NCBI GenBank assembly: GCA_016933575.1 | Contig: JAFGAR010000081.1 | Location: 160,001 to 224,000 of the forward strand | Direction of reading: 5' to 3' | DNA: 64,000 nt | From: Candidatus Thorarchaeota archaeon | GTDB lineage: Archaea; Asgardarchaeota; Thorarchaeia; Thorarchaeales; Thorarchaeaceae | Shown: in pieces, positions 39,639-48,904 of the stretch | Position numbering within the stretch: position 1 is the first letter of the stretch | Layout: every line of letters begins with the position of its first letter | Translations under genes and position numbers: made by a program | Notes under the pieces: model-generated | What the model saw: the letters and a program-made list of their open reading frames with translations, nothing else | Told to the model about the DNA's origin: nothing | Database searches by the model: none

Positions 39639-40292
39639 TCAGTGAGTTCTATGTCTCTTTTCAGCCATCTTCAGGTCTCTCTGCGTGTTAAGGTTCGTAA
39701 AGGTCTCTAACTCTGAGTCAAACTGCTTCAAGGTCTCTGTAGAAATATACAACACATGTTGTATCTGTTTCAATAGATCACTCATTCGATACTGACCACT
39801 CTCTATAATCTCGAGTCCCTTTGAGTAGGCATGCTCAGCCAAGTAGACTGAGTGTATTGGTTCAATATACCCTGATGGCCAGATTGGTACTACTGCTCCA
39901 TGCCCTGGAGACAATCGTATGAGTACCTTGAGTAATTCTGGTTGTGTGAATGGTGCATCCACTGGCAATAGAAGTGTGTACTGTGTTGAGGTATATTCAA
40001 ATGCCGTTAGTGCTCCGTTCAGAGCTGATTTTATACTGCCATCTGGGTCAGTAACAACTCGTACATTCTTGACCAGTGGTTTGATTTTGGTAGCTTGTTC
40101 TTCCTCTGAAACCACTATGAGGAGTTCTGGTGAGATCGTACGAGCTATTTCTAACATGTGGGCAATTAGTGGTTTCTGATGAAATGTAGTTGTGAACTTA
40201 TCTGCTCCAAATCGTTTCGAGGCGCCTCCTGCCAAGATTGCAACAGTCACATCTTGCATCTTTTCTAAGACCTCGATATGATTTGAAGACAC
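39639..40292 (-). CDS. mobA: Molybdenum cofactor guanylyltransferase
   Basis: ILAGGASKRFGADK, PVDAPF, EPIHSVY, NLNT. Confidence 0.9.
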   Translation of the reverse strand: MSSNHIEVLEKMQDVTVAILAGGASKRFGADKFTTTFHQKPLIAHMLEIARTISPELLIVVSEEEQATKIKPLVKNVRVVTDPDGSIKSALNGALTAFEYTSTQYTLLLPVDAPFTQPELLKVLIRLSPGHGAVVPIWPSGYIEPIHSVYLAEHAYSKGLEIIESGQYRMSDLLKQIQHVLYISTETLKQFDSELETFTNLNTQRDLKMAEKRHRTH

Positions 40293-40300
40293 CCACCTTA

Positions 40301-42271
40301 TCAGCTCTCTTCTCGAGGGGTAAGATACTCAGTAATCATTGCAGCAATCTGTCCGTCTGTGTAATGTTGTGACGATATTGCACCACTGGCGCAGGTCGAT
40401 GTGCAGGTCCCACATCCCTTGCATAGAGCTGGATTAACCTCTGCAAATCCTCTCTCATTTAGCGCAATCGCATTGAATGGACAGACTGAGATACAGACTT
40501 GACATCCTGCGCACTTATCCTCGTCCACGATAGAGTAGTAAGGTTCCACGTTGATCTTCCCTTTGCCCATTAGAGCCATTGCTCCAGCAGCTGCAGCCTT
40601 TGCTTGAGCTACAGTGTCTGGAATGTCTTTGGGTCCCTGTGCCATTCCTGCTACAAATATACCATCGTTGAACGAGTCTACCGGACGGAGTTTGGGATGT
40701 GCCTCAAGTAAGAAACCATCAGCTGAAACACTAAGATTGAGTATGTGTGCAATCTGTTTTGCAGACTCCGGTGCCACGACACCTGTAGATAATACGACGA
40801 GGTCAACATCCTTCAGCTCGATGGGTTTTCCAAGTAGTGTGTCCTCACCTCTCACAGTGAGGGACATCGTCTTGTCGTTCTGAAATACTTCACCCACTCT
40901 ACCTCTGATGAAAGTTACACCCGCTGCGGCTGTACTCTCATAGAACTCCTCGTAACCCTTTCCAAAGGTCCTGAGGTCGATATAGAAGATGTACACATCA
41001 ATACCCAACTTATCACGAATCATTCTAGCTTGTTTGATGGCAGTCATGCAACATACACGAGAGCAGTATTTGTTCGTCAGTTCATCACGGCTTCCTACAC
41101 ATTGTACGTAGACCATCTTCTTTGGTTCTTTGAGGTCTGAGGGTCTCACCATATGACCCTGTGTAGGTCCTGCAGAACTTAGCATTCGCTCGACTTCACC
41201 GATATTGACAACATTTGGAAACTCACCATATCCGTATTCTGGCTTTTTCGTAGCATCAAACAAATCGAATCCTGTAGCAACAATAATGGTACCTACTTCA
41301 ATCTCGATTATCTTCTCATGATCATCGTAATTGATTGCCTCAGCATCGCATTTGTCCTTGCACTTTCCACATCTAACTGCATCTACACCAAGACAATTCT
41401 CCATATCGAGGAGATAGGCTGATGGGACTGCTTGCGCAAATGGGATATAGATTGCTTTTCTGTAGGAGAGTTGGGCTTCAAACTCTGCGGGGACATCCAC
41501 TGGGCAGACACTACTGCAGTCTCCACATGATGTGCACTTTGCAACGTCTACATACCTCGGATGCTGTCGAATCTTCACCTTGAAATTACCAACATAGCCA
41601 TCAACCTCATCCACCTCAGCAAAGGTCAATAGTTCGATATTGGGATGAGCCCCGATCTCTGCCATTCTAGGAGTCAGAATACATGAACTGCAATCAAGAG
41701 TGGGGAATGTCTTATCCCAACGTGCCATCTTTCCACCAATGCTTGGTTCTTTCTCGACCATATAGACCTTGAAGCCAGCATTGGCAAGATCAAGGGCTGC
41801 AGAGATACCCGCAATTCCTGCTCCTACAATCAGGGTGGACTTCTTGATTGAGACCTCTGGTTCTTCTAATGGTTCTAAGAGTCTTGCTCGTGCTACAGCC
41901 ATGCGAATCAGGTCAATGGCTTTCTCAGTTGCTGCGGCAGGATCATCTGAATGAATCCAGGAATCATGTTCTCTGATGTTAGCAATCTCCAAGAGAAATG
42001 GATTGAGTCCAACCTCACGCATCACTTGTCTGAAGGTAGGCTCATGCATTCTTGGAGAGCATGCGGCAACAACGACGCCATCTAATCTACTATTCTTAAT
42101 GTGGTCCTTCACTATCTGCTGACCCGGTTTTGAACAGACATATTTGTAGTCATCAATAACTTCGACATTAGGAAGCTTAGCAATGGCTTCCTTGACTTTC
42201 TCAATATCAACAACACCAGCTATGTTACTTCCACAGTGGCAGATGAAGACACCAATCTTTCTATCAGACAT
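40301..42271 (-). CDS. hdrA: Heterodisulfide reductase subunit A (flavin-based electron bifurcation)
   Basis: IGVFICHCGSNI, AACSPRMHE, ANIREH, GAGIAG, KTFPTLDCSSCIL, QCVGSRD, YCSRVCC, HPKLRP, ferredoxin motifs. Confidence 0.97.
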   Translation of the reverse strand: MSDRKIGVFICHCGSNIAGVVDIEKVKEAIAKLPNVEVIDDYKYVCSKPGQQIVKDHIKNSRLDGVVVAACSPRMHEPTFRQVMREVGLNPFLLEIANIREHDSWIHSDDPAAATEKAIDLIRMAVARARLLEPLEEPEVSIKKSTLIVGAGIAGISAALDLANAGFKVYMVEKEPSIGGKMARWDKTFPTLDCSSCILTPRMAEIGAHPNIELLTFAEVDEVDGYVGNFKVKIRQHPRYVDVAKCTSCGDCSSVCPVDVPAEFEAQLSYRKAIYIPFAQAVPSAYLLDMENCLGVDAVRCGKCKDKCDAEAINYDDHEKIIEIEVGTIIVATGFDLFDATKKPEYGYGEFPNVVNIGEVERMLSSAGPTQGHMVRPSDLKEPKKMVYVQCVGSRDELTNKYCSRVCCMTAIKQARMIRDKLGIDVYIFYIDLRTFGKGYEEFYESTAAAGVTFIRGRVGEVFQNDKTMSLTVRGEDTLLGKPIELKDVDLVVLSTGVVAPESAKQIAHILNLSVSADGFLLEAHPKLRPVDSFNDGIFVAGMAQGPKDIPDTVAQAKAAAAGAMALMGKGKINVEPYYSIVDEDKCAGCQVCISVCPFNAIALNERGFAEVNPALCKGCGTCTSTCASGAISSQHYTDGQIAAMITEYLTPREES

Positions 42272-42456
42272 CTAAGGTTCCTCGGATTCAAGCATAGTGA
42301 TATCAATGCGAATGGATACAGGCGCCGTTGAATGTAGGCAATAAAGTGTTTCGGGAGCTGGCATAGCTCTTTAAGAACATTCTCTGAGGTGAGAATTCCT
42401 ACCAAAAGCGTAAAAAGCGCATTTCACGGCACACTCAGCTACCCGGAGGCTATACT

Positions 42457-43230
42457 TTGCCTGGAAAGGTCTGGAACTATATAATCGATAAGCTAACAAA
42501 AGAAGGCGCCCTTCATTTCTCTTTACTGGACCCTGACCCTCTTTCCACAACCATCGAGGAAGTGGTTGAGCTGGCTGAGCTAGCAGAGAAGGCAGGGAGT
42601 GACGCAATAATGATAGGTGGAAGCACAGTCTTTGGTGTGATTGATGATGCAGTTGCAAAGATCACAGAAGCAGTAGATATTCCAACCATTCTCTTTCCCG
42701 GTAATATCACGGGGGTTTCAGAGCATGCTGATGCAATGTTCTTCATGACCCTACTGAATAGCACCAATCCCTATTGGATTATTGGTGCTCAGGCTCTTGC
42801 TGCTCCAAAGATCAAACTTGTTGGCATAGAGACTATTCCAATGGCGTATCTTATGGTGGCTCCTGGAAAGACAGCTGCATGGGTCGGAGATGCAAAGCCC
42901 TTTCTCCGTGACAAACCCAAGATACCTGCAATGTATGCTATTGCTGCAGAGTTACTTGGCATGAAACTCGTGTATCTTGAAGCAGGAAGTGGTGCTGAAG
43001 GCGGTGGAGTTCCTCCTGAGATGATTTCTGCTGTTTCCAAGTTCATTGACATACCTGTTATCACCGGTGGCGGTTTCAATGATGCAGAATCTGTTGTCCG
43101 AGCAGTTGATGCTGGAGCTTCCATTGTTGTCCAAGGAACCTACCTCGAGAAAAATGTCAAAAAAGATAAGGGCGAGGGACTCGCGAAGATTATAAAATCG
43201 TTGAAAGAAGCAGGCGCCAAGAGAGTTTAA
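42457..43230 (+). CDS. Geranylgeranylglyceryl phosphate synthase (group II)
   Basis: LLDPD, IMIGGS, LFPG, LLNS.NPYWI, YLEAGSGA, GGG. Confidence 0.95.
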   Translation: MPGKVWNYIIDKLTKEGALHFSLLDPDPLSTTIEEVVELAELAEKAGSDAIMIGGSTVFGVIDDAVAKITEAVDIPTILFPGNITGVSEHADAMFFMTLLNSTNPYWIIGAQALAAPKIKLVGIETIPMAYLMVAPGKTAAWVGDAKPFLRDKPKIPAMYAIAAELLGMKLVYLEAGSGAEGGGVPPEMISAVSKFIDIPVITGGGFNDAESVVRAVDAGASIVVQGTYLEKNVKKDKGEGLAKIIKSLKEAGAKRV

Positions 43231-43280
43231 ATACTTGGCACCCCTCTTTCATCCAGTTTCAATGGGAGGTTAAAACACCT

Positions 43281-43676
43281 TTGTCTTCCAAGACCGATAT
43301 GTTGAAAGAACTTTTATTAGATTTGAGTAGAGCCTCCCAAGGAAATGTGGAAGCTAGCGTTATCATCTCAAAGTCCCAGGGACTTCCAATCTATTCTCTT
43401 TATCCTGATGGTGTTGATGACAAACGAATTCCCGATGAGGACGTCATAGCAGGGAGATCCACTCAGATACAAGAAGCCACACGAAAAGTCTTCAAGCAGT
43501 TAAAACGTGGCCCTCTAATCCGAATGCTTATTGAAGGCGAAACTGGATATGTCATAATCTGTGATGCAGGGGATGATGCAATCCTTGTTGTTCTTACAAA
43601 TAAGCGTGCAAATATTGGATATATGTTCTTCTCGATGTCTAGAACTGCTCGTCGTATTCAACAAGTGTTGTCATAA
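43281..43676 (+). CDS. Roadblock/LC7 domain protein
   Basis: SVIISKSQGLPI, LKRGPL..MLIEGETGYVII..AGDDAILVVL..ANIG. Confidence 0.9.
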   Translation: MSSKTDMLKELLLDLSRASQGNVEASVIISKSQGLPIYSLYPDGVDDKRIPDEDVIAGRSTQIQEATRKVFKQLKRGPLIRMLIEGETGYVIICDAGDDAILVVLTNKRANIGYMFFSMSRTARRIQQVLS

Positions 43677-43731
43677 TCCTACGTCCCATCGTCACTTTTA
43701 TCTATCCACTAAATGAGGACCAATAAGACTG

Positions 43732-44673
43732 GTGATTATAGTGTCCAAAGAAAAGCAGAATGAAAACAATAGTGATACAGCATCCGAAGATGTGTGGGAG
43801 AAATGGCGTCGAGCAGGAGTAGTCGCCCGTGAAGCTCTTGCATTGGCACGACCGATGATTGAACCTGGTGTGAAAGTAATTGATATCATCGATACTGTAG
43901 AGAACTATATTCGTGAGAATTCCTCGGGAACCTCATTTCCATGCAATGTATCGCTGAACAACATTGCAGCACACTATACCTCTCCCCTTAATGATGAAAC
44001 AGTGATTGAGGCGGGCGATCTTGTGACTGTTGACTGTGGCTCGCATGTTGACGGATGTATCGCTGACACTGCATTCACCATAGCTTTGAATCCTGACCAT
44101 GAAGCTCTTGTCAAGGCATCTGTAGATGCTACAAACGTAGCTATCAAGATGATGAGACCTGGTGCGAAACTCAATACTATTGGCGCCCTCATTGAAGACA
44201 CTATCACTAGTGCAGGATTCAGGCCTATCAAACAATTGACTGGACACCAACTCAAGGAGTATGAGCTACACGCAGAAAAACAGGTTCCATGTGTATCTGG
44301 TAAATCAGAGGTTCTTGTAGAAGAGGGCGAGGTCTATGCTGTTGAGACCTTTGCTAGTACTGGTTCAGGGAATATCACTGACCTACCAAATCCAACTATC
44401 TATCAACTTCTTCCAATGCGCGTACCTTTGCGATTCAGCGGCTCCAAGCAGTTTGCAGGAATTGCTAGGAAGGAGTATCGTGAATTTCCATTTGCAGAGC
44501 GATGGCTTGCACAGCGTATGAAGCATGCCACCCTAAAGATGGCTATCAGAGAGCTCCAACAGAATGGGGCACTCTTTGGTCACAAGATTCTTGCAGAGGA
44601 GAAGGGTGAGTTTGTGTCTCAACATGAGCATACAATAATCATCACAAAGGATGGTTATGAACAGACGACATGA
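43732..44673 (+). CDS. map: Methionine aminopeptidase type II
   Basis: FPCNVS..AAHY, DCGSHVDG.IADTA, GH, AVETF, SQHEHT. Confidence 0.96.
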   Translation: MIIVSKEKQNENNSDTASEDVWEKWRRAGVVAREALALARPMIEPGVKVIDIIDTVENYIRENSSGTSFPCNVSLNNIAAHYTSPLNDETVIEAGDLVTVDCGSHVDGCIADTAFTIALNPDHEALVKASVDATNVAIKMMRPGAKLNTIGALIEDTITSAGFRPIKQLTGHQLKEYELHAEKQVPCVSGKSEVLVEEGEVYAVETFASTGSGNITDLPNPTIYQLLPMRVPLRFSGSKQFAGIARKEYREFPFAERWLAQRMKHATLKMAIRELQQNGALFGHKILAEEKGEFVSQHEHTIIITKDGYEQTT

Positions 44674-44852
44674 GGTGCAGTATTTCGACACCCCCGACGA
44701 TTCTCCGGTTCTTTCTTCGGTCAACACAGAAGTGTTAAAAGTCTATAATCTAAGTTATTCTATTGTGGGTCCCGGGAAACTGTCATCGGTGCTTTGACTT
44801 CTCTATGAATACTGGCGGTTACTAACCGGTTCCAACACTTGGAGGAGAGAGA

Positions 44853-45830
44853 TTGGACCGCATCCGTAGTACTGATGATAAGAAGGGAGCTGCCGAATCT
44901 TCCATTGAACTAATTTGTTGCCCAGAGTGTAAGTCTACTACCGTAGTTGAGGATACCACTCGAGGTGAACGAGTGTGCGGCGGTTGTGGTCTTGTACTAT
45001 CCGACCATCGTATTGATACCGGAGCCGAATGGCGTGCATTCAGTACTGAAGAGAGTGACTCTCGAAGTAGAGTTGGAGCACCACTTCGCTATACCGTGCA
45101 TGATAAGGGACTCTCAACAGTTATTGACTGGAGAGATCGGGACACCTCTGGGAAGAAGTTGAGTCCGACACGAAGGTCGGAGATCTATCGATTGCGTAAA
45201 TGGCAGATACGGTCTAGAGTACATTCGAGCATGGATCGTAATCTTGCACAGGCTATGTCCGAACTCGAACGATTGTCCTCACAGCTTGGAATCCCTGAAC
45301 CAATTCGTGAGCTTGCAGCACTTCTCTACAGAAAATCTATCATCAAGAAACTAGTCCGTGGACGAAGTATTGAAGCTATGGTGGCAGCAACGCTCTATGC
45401 TGCATGCAGGATACGGGAAAAACCCCGTCCTCTTGACGAGGTTGCTGATGCTTCGCGTATCGATAGAAAGAAATTGGGACAGTGTTATCGACTTCTTCTA
45501 AGAAATCTAGCAATCAAGATCCCACTCTCTAATCCAGTCGCTTACATCTCCCGTTTTGCATCACAACTCGAACTCTCGAGCCCTGTGCAGCTCCGGACCG
45601 TTGAGATTTTGCAAAGAAGTCGCGATATTGGTCTCACAATAGGTCGTGACCCGCTTGGTCTTGCAGCGGCAGCAATTTACGTCGCCTCTATCATGTTAGA
45701 TGAACGCCGGACACAACGAGAGATTGCTGAGGTCGCAAGGGTCACTGAAGTCACAGTACGCAATCGCTACAAAGAGATCGTAAAGAAGCTCAGTATTGAT
45801 TCCATGGGTCTTGAACCTATAGAACACTGA
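44853..45830 (+). CDS. tfb: Transcription initiation factor IIB
   Basis: CPEC..VCGGCG zinc ribbon, EWRAF, RVGAP, HDKGLST, two cyclin repeats, TEVTVRNRYKE. Confidence 0.97.
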   Translation: MDRIRSTDDKKGAAESSIELICCPECKSTTVVEDTTRGERVCGGCGLVLSDHRIDTGAEWRAFSTEESDSRSRVGAPLRYTVHDKGLSTVIDWRDRDTSGKKLSPTRRSEIYRLRKWQIRSRVHSSMDRNLAQAMSELERLSSQLGIPEPIRELAALLYRKSIIKKLVRGRSIEAMVAATLYAACRIREKPRPLDEVADASRIDRKKLGQCYRLLLRNLAIKIPLSNPVAYISRFASQLELSSPVQLRTVEILQRSRDIGLTIGRDPLGLAAAAIYVASIMLDERRTQREIAEVARVTEVTVRNRYKEIVKKLSIDSMGLEPIEH

Positions 45831-45886
45831 TCTCTCGCTCACTCTACCTGCAATAGTACTAACATGTGTTGAGGATTGGTTATATG

Positions 45887-46102
45887 CTACCTTCTTCCAG
45901 TCTGTTGGAATGACCAATCGACCTGAACCATTTGTTCTGGGAATCCAAGCTTTGACAAGACGTCTCCAATGACCCCTCTATGATCTCCTTGCAGTTCAAT
46001 ATGGCCATGTTTTGCGGCTCCTCCGCAAGCAAGCTTGGCTTTCAGTTTTGTAGCCAAATCACCAAGGTCAATATTCTTGTCAAAACCTTCAAGAATTATG
46101 TT
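45887..46102 (-). pseudogene. Start-less 3' fragment of aIF1/SUI1 (displaced or duplicated C-terminal 70 codons)
   Basis: Reads NIILEGFDKNIDLGDLATKLKAKLACGGAAKHGHIELQGDHRGVIGDVLSKLGFPEQMVQVDWSFQQTGRR*; 58/69 aa identical to the intact gene at 48905-49249. Confidence 0.93.
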
Positions 46103-47227
46103 TTAGTTTCTAAAGAGTCCTAATGACATTTGGATGTGTTTTTTCATTTCTTCTGACATGCATATTACTTCAGATTGATACTTCTTGAATTCATCACGGG
46201 ATGAGAAATCCAATGTGTGTACAGTAAAACCTGATTTTTTAAAAGCATCAAAGATGGTCTGTACATTCTGTTTTGAGTAATTATTAACAATCTTTCTATC
46301 CAAATTCTTAAGGATTTCATAGCCGTATGCTGTGTAAAGAAACGTATCCCACTGGGGTCTGTTTCTAAGAACAGGTAACTTGATTCGCTCCATCTCTTCT
46401 TGTCTTATCTCTAGAATTAATTTACTCAGTCTTGCACATTCTGCATTCTCAAGGAAATTGTCATTAATGACTATTCCCACAGTAGACCTTCCAGTTTCCA
46501 CTTGGTCACACATTGTTTCAATAACAACAGGTTCGAGAGTTCTCTTTACATTTTCAATACTTGTGTCTGGAGGTATCTCAAGAATAAGTTCCAGCAAATC
46601 CTTTTCTAATAACCCATATTGTCCAAGACTCAATCCGTTTAAGACACTAGTTTGAGCAGTGATATGTGATGTTCTTCCTTTCACAACCTCTAGCTGGGTA
46701 TGAATAGGTTCCCAAGCCTGTATATTCTCTAATGGCTTATATTTTATCTTGTAAGGTGACCCTCTTGTGAATCCCCAGAAGTCATTTGTGTCAAGCCAAG
46801 TACTCACATCACTTCCTATTTGAAAATAAACTGGGTCATCCTCTGATACGTGTTGGAGTGATTCAAAGAGTGGTGTGATATCCCAAGGCATACTCAGAAG
46901 TCCACAAACTGTCACATCAATACTTCTAACATTCTTGAGTCTGGCCAAGGGGCATAGACTCATCTCTGTTAAGTATTGAAATCCATTTAGTTTTAATGAC
47001 CTAAAATTAGTGAAGTCGGCGAGTCCGGAGAGGTCAATAGAAACGTATTTCGGTTCATTATAGCCCTGCATACTAGCTCCATACAGTTCGATATAGTCCT
47101 TTTGATATCCTCGTAAAATTTCCTCTACTTCCGACTGGTGAATCTCTTCTTGTTCGGTTTTAAATTTCAGATATGCCTTTGAACTCATTACGTTGATTTT
47201 TACTGCATCAGTCAATTTAAGACTCAC
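46103..47227 (-). CDS. Leucine-rich-repeat-like protein
   Basis: SIDLSGLADFTNFRSLKL and LCPLARLKNVRSIDV degenerate LRR units; AT-rich. Confidence 0.65.
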   Translation of the reverse strand: MSLKLTDAVKINVMSSKAYLKFKTEQEEIHQSEVEEILRGYQKDYIELYGASMQGYNEPKYVSIDLSGLADFTNFRSLKLNGFQYLTEMSLCPLARLKNVRSIDVTVCGLLSMPWDITPLFESLQHVSEDDPVYFQIGSDVSTWLDTNDFWGFTRGSPYKIKYKPLENIQAWEPIHTQLEVVKGRTSHITAQTSVLNGLSLGQYGLLEKDLLELILEIPPDTSIENVKRTLEPVVIETMCDQVETGRSTVGIVINDNFLENAECARLSKLILEIRQEEMERIKLPVLRNRPQWDTFLYTAYGYEILKNLDRKIVNNYSKQNVQTIFDAFKKSGFTVHTLDFSSRDEFKKYQSEVICMSEEMKKHIQMSLGLFRN

Positions 47228-47277
47228 TGTGATTGTTGATTTATCATCTCCTTGATGAATATTCGAGTGAAGCTAGA

Positions 47278-48051
47278 TTAATCATGCAGACTTCCAAAGG
47301 CGTACTGGTCACGAGATGCTGCGAAGTTAATTGCCAGTAATGGTTCATCTGTTGAGCTTGTGCTGAACACATTGGGCTTATCGAGGCCGCTATCAGTGAG
47401 CGACCATCCCACCATCTCAGTATAGCCGAAGTTGACATCATGGGGAACTGAGAGCTTCCCATTCATGCCCTCAGGGAGGTCTACGAACACATTGAGGATT
47501 GTAAAGAAGGAGAGTTCTACATTCAGACCTGTATCCGTGAAGTTCACGTTCTCTGTGAAGATGATGTTGCAGATGCCTTCATTGGTACTGATTTTGACGT
47601 CCTGACCTGCAAGCTCTGCCCCATTGTCATAAATTAGTGTAACATTCAGATTACGACCATCAATGAAGACCTGATAGTAGGTGGCAGTTCCAAGGATCAC
47701 ATCAATAGATGCTATCTTGTAATCACCCATTCCATCAAGGACTAGATGGTAAGCATCTGGATCGTATGATGGCTCGTAGAGAGAGTAGTGATGATGCATT
47801 CCGGGTTCATACTGAACCACATCTATGGAATAGAGAAGATTGGGATTGTCCACAAAGGTGATGGTGACGTTTGTCGATGGTGCGCGGAGGGCTCTTAGGA
47901 ATAACACAGCATGTTTGGTACTTCCAGCAGGATAGGCGCACTCGTAGTGGAAATGAGTCTGAACCAAGGGGATACCTACGAACACCACCAGACCCACCAC
48001 TACAATGACTCCCACACTGATTGAGACCATTTTTCTTCGTTCCATTCTCAC
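47278..48051 (-). CDS. Membrane-anchored or secreted beta-rich hypothetical protein
   Basis: Basic N-terminus plus hydrophobic helix VSISVGVIVVVGLVVFVGIPLV; N-x-T sequons; GAGGTGA upstream. Confidence 0.7.
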   Translation of the reverse strand: MRMERRKMVSISVGVIVVVGLVVFVGIPLVQTHFHYECAYPAGSTKHAVLFLRALRAPSTNVTITFVDNPNLLYSIDVVQYEPGMHHHYSLYEPSYDPDAYHLVLDGMGDYKIASIDVILGTATYYQVFIDGRNLNVTLIYDNGAELAGQDVKISTNEGICNIIFTENVNFTDTGLNVELSFFTILNVFVDLPEGMNGKLSVPHDVNFGYTEMVGWSLTDSGLDKPNVFSTSSTDEPLLAINFAASRDQYAFGSLHD

Positions 48052-48083
48052 TCACCTCTCACTTCTCGTGTTCGAATTTATGT

Positions 48084-48791
48084 TCATCGCATATTCCCCA
48101 GCATGACAGGGATACGCATAACGAGCATAGCCATGTTCAGACTTAATGCAATTGAGGGAAGTATCAGTCTAGCCTTACTTGCTTGTATCCTTGTTGAACC
48201 GTCTTCCAAGGTGACAAGCGAGATTCCTCTCCTCCCCATTGCCCGAAGCAGTCCACTGGTGATGATGGAGAGCGTCATGGCAGTGAAGAAGACCTCTCCG
48301 CCGCCTATTGGTTGTGCGCTCTTATCATACCGGAGAACATTATCGAAGGCCATCTCAAAGATGACCTCGCCAACCAGTTCAAAATACTCTTTGACTCCAC
48401 GATAGAGTAACGAGCCCAGCTCTCGGGCTGAACTCATCTGAGAGATCTTCTTCAGGGTACTACTGAAGCCGAGGTCAAGCAGGTCATCTATCGTTGTCCC
48501 GAATCGACTGAGAACACTGCTTCCAGTACGTCGTAGCCCTGCACCTAACGCTCCAAGGTCTGCAAAGTTCTCTGCAAGGACTCCACCGAACCTGTTCCCT
48601 GCCCACCTAGCAAATCTTCCAAGACCCTTCGCTGCGGCCCCAATGCCAAAGGAGATACCGTTTGATAATGCTTCGGTCAGGATGAGGTTCCATCCTTGGT
48701 CAGAAGTGATACCCCAGATACTGAAGTTACCGATGTAGTTCCTGTCAACTCCAAGAGCCTGCATGGCACCAAGCAGGATGTGGTCGAACAT
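48084..48791 (-). CDS. Gly/Ala-rich hydrophobic hypothetical protein, possibly the C-terminal remnant of a larger gene
   Basis: GISFGIGAAAKGLGRFARWAG amphipathic helices and hydrophobic C-terminus; visibly GC-richer than flanks. Confidence 0.6.
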   Translation of the reverse strand: MFDHILLGAMQALGVDRNYIGNFSIWGITSDQGWNLILTEALSNGISFGIGAAAKGLGRFARWAGNRFGGVLAENFADLGALGAGLRRTGSSVLSRFGTTIDDLLDLGFSSTLKKISQMSSARELGSLLYRGVKEYFELVGEVIFEMAFDNVLRYDKSAQPIGGGEVFFTAMTLSIITSGLLRAMGRRGISLVTLEDGSTRIQASKARLILPSIALSLNMAMLVMRIPVMLGNMR

Positions 48792-48904
48792 GGGCCACGA
48801 TTTTTGTCCACCCCTCCTAGTCCCCCGACCTCCACCCCCACCACTCCCCTTTTTCCTTTTTTGTTTCTAAGCATGTATAATTGAAACACGTTCTCGAATT
48901 GATT

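Noticed and set aside
40301-42271. Selenoprotein HdrA or SECIS element
   Set aside because: ORF is uninterrupted with Cys codons and mobA starts 8 nt after the stop; I found no convincing UGA-readthrough gene in the window by eye
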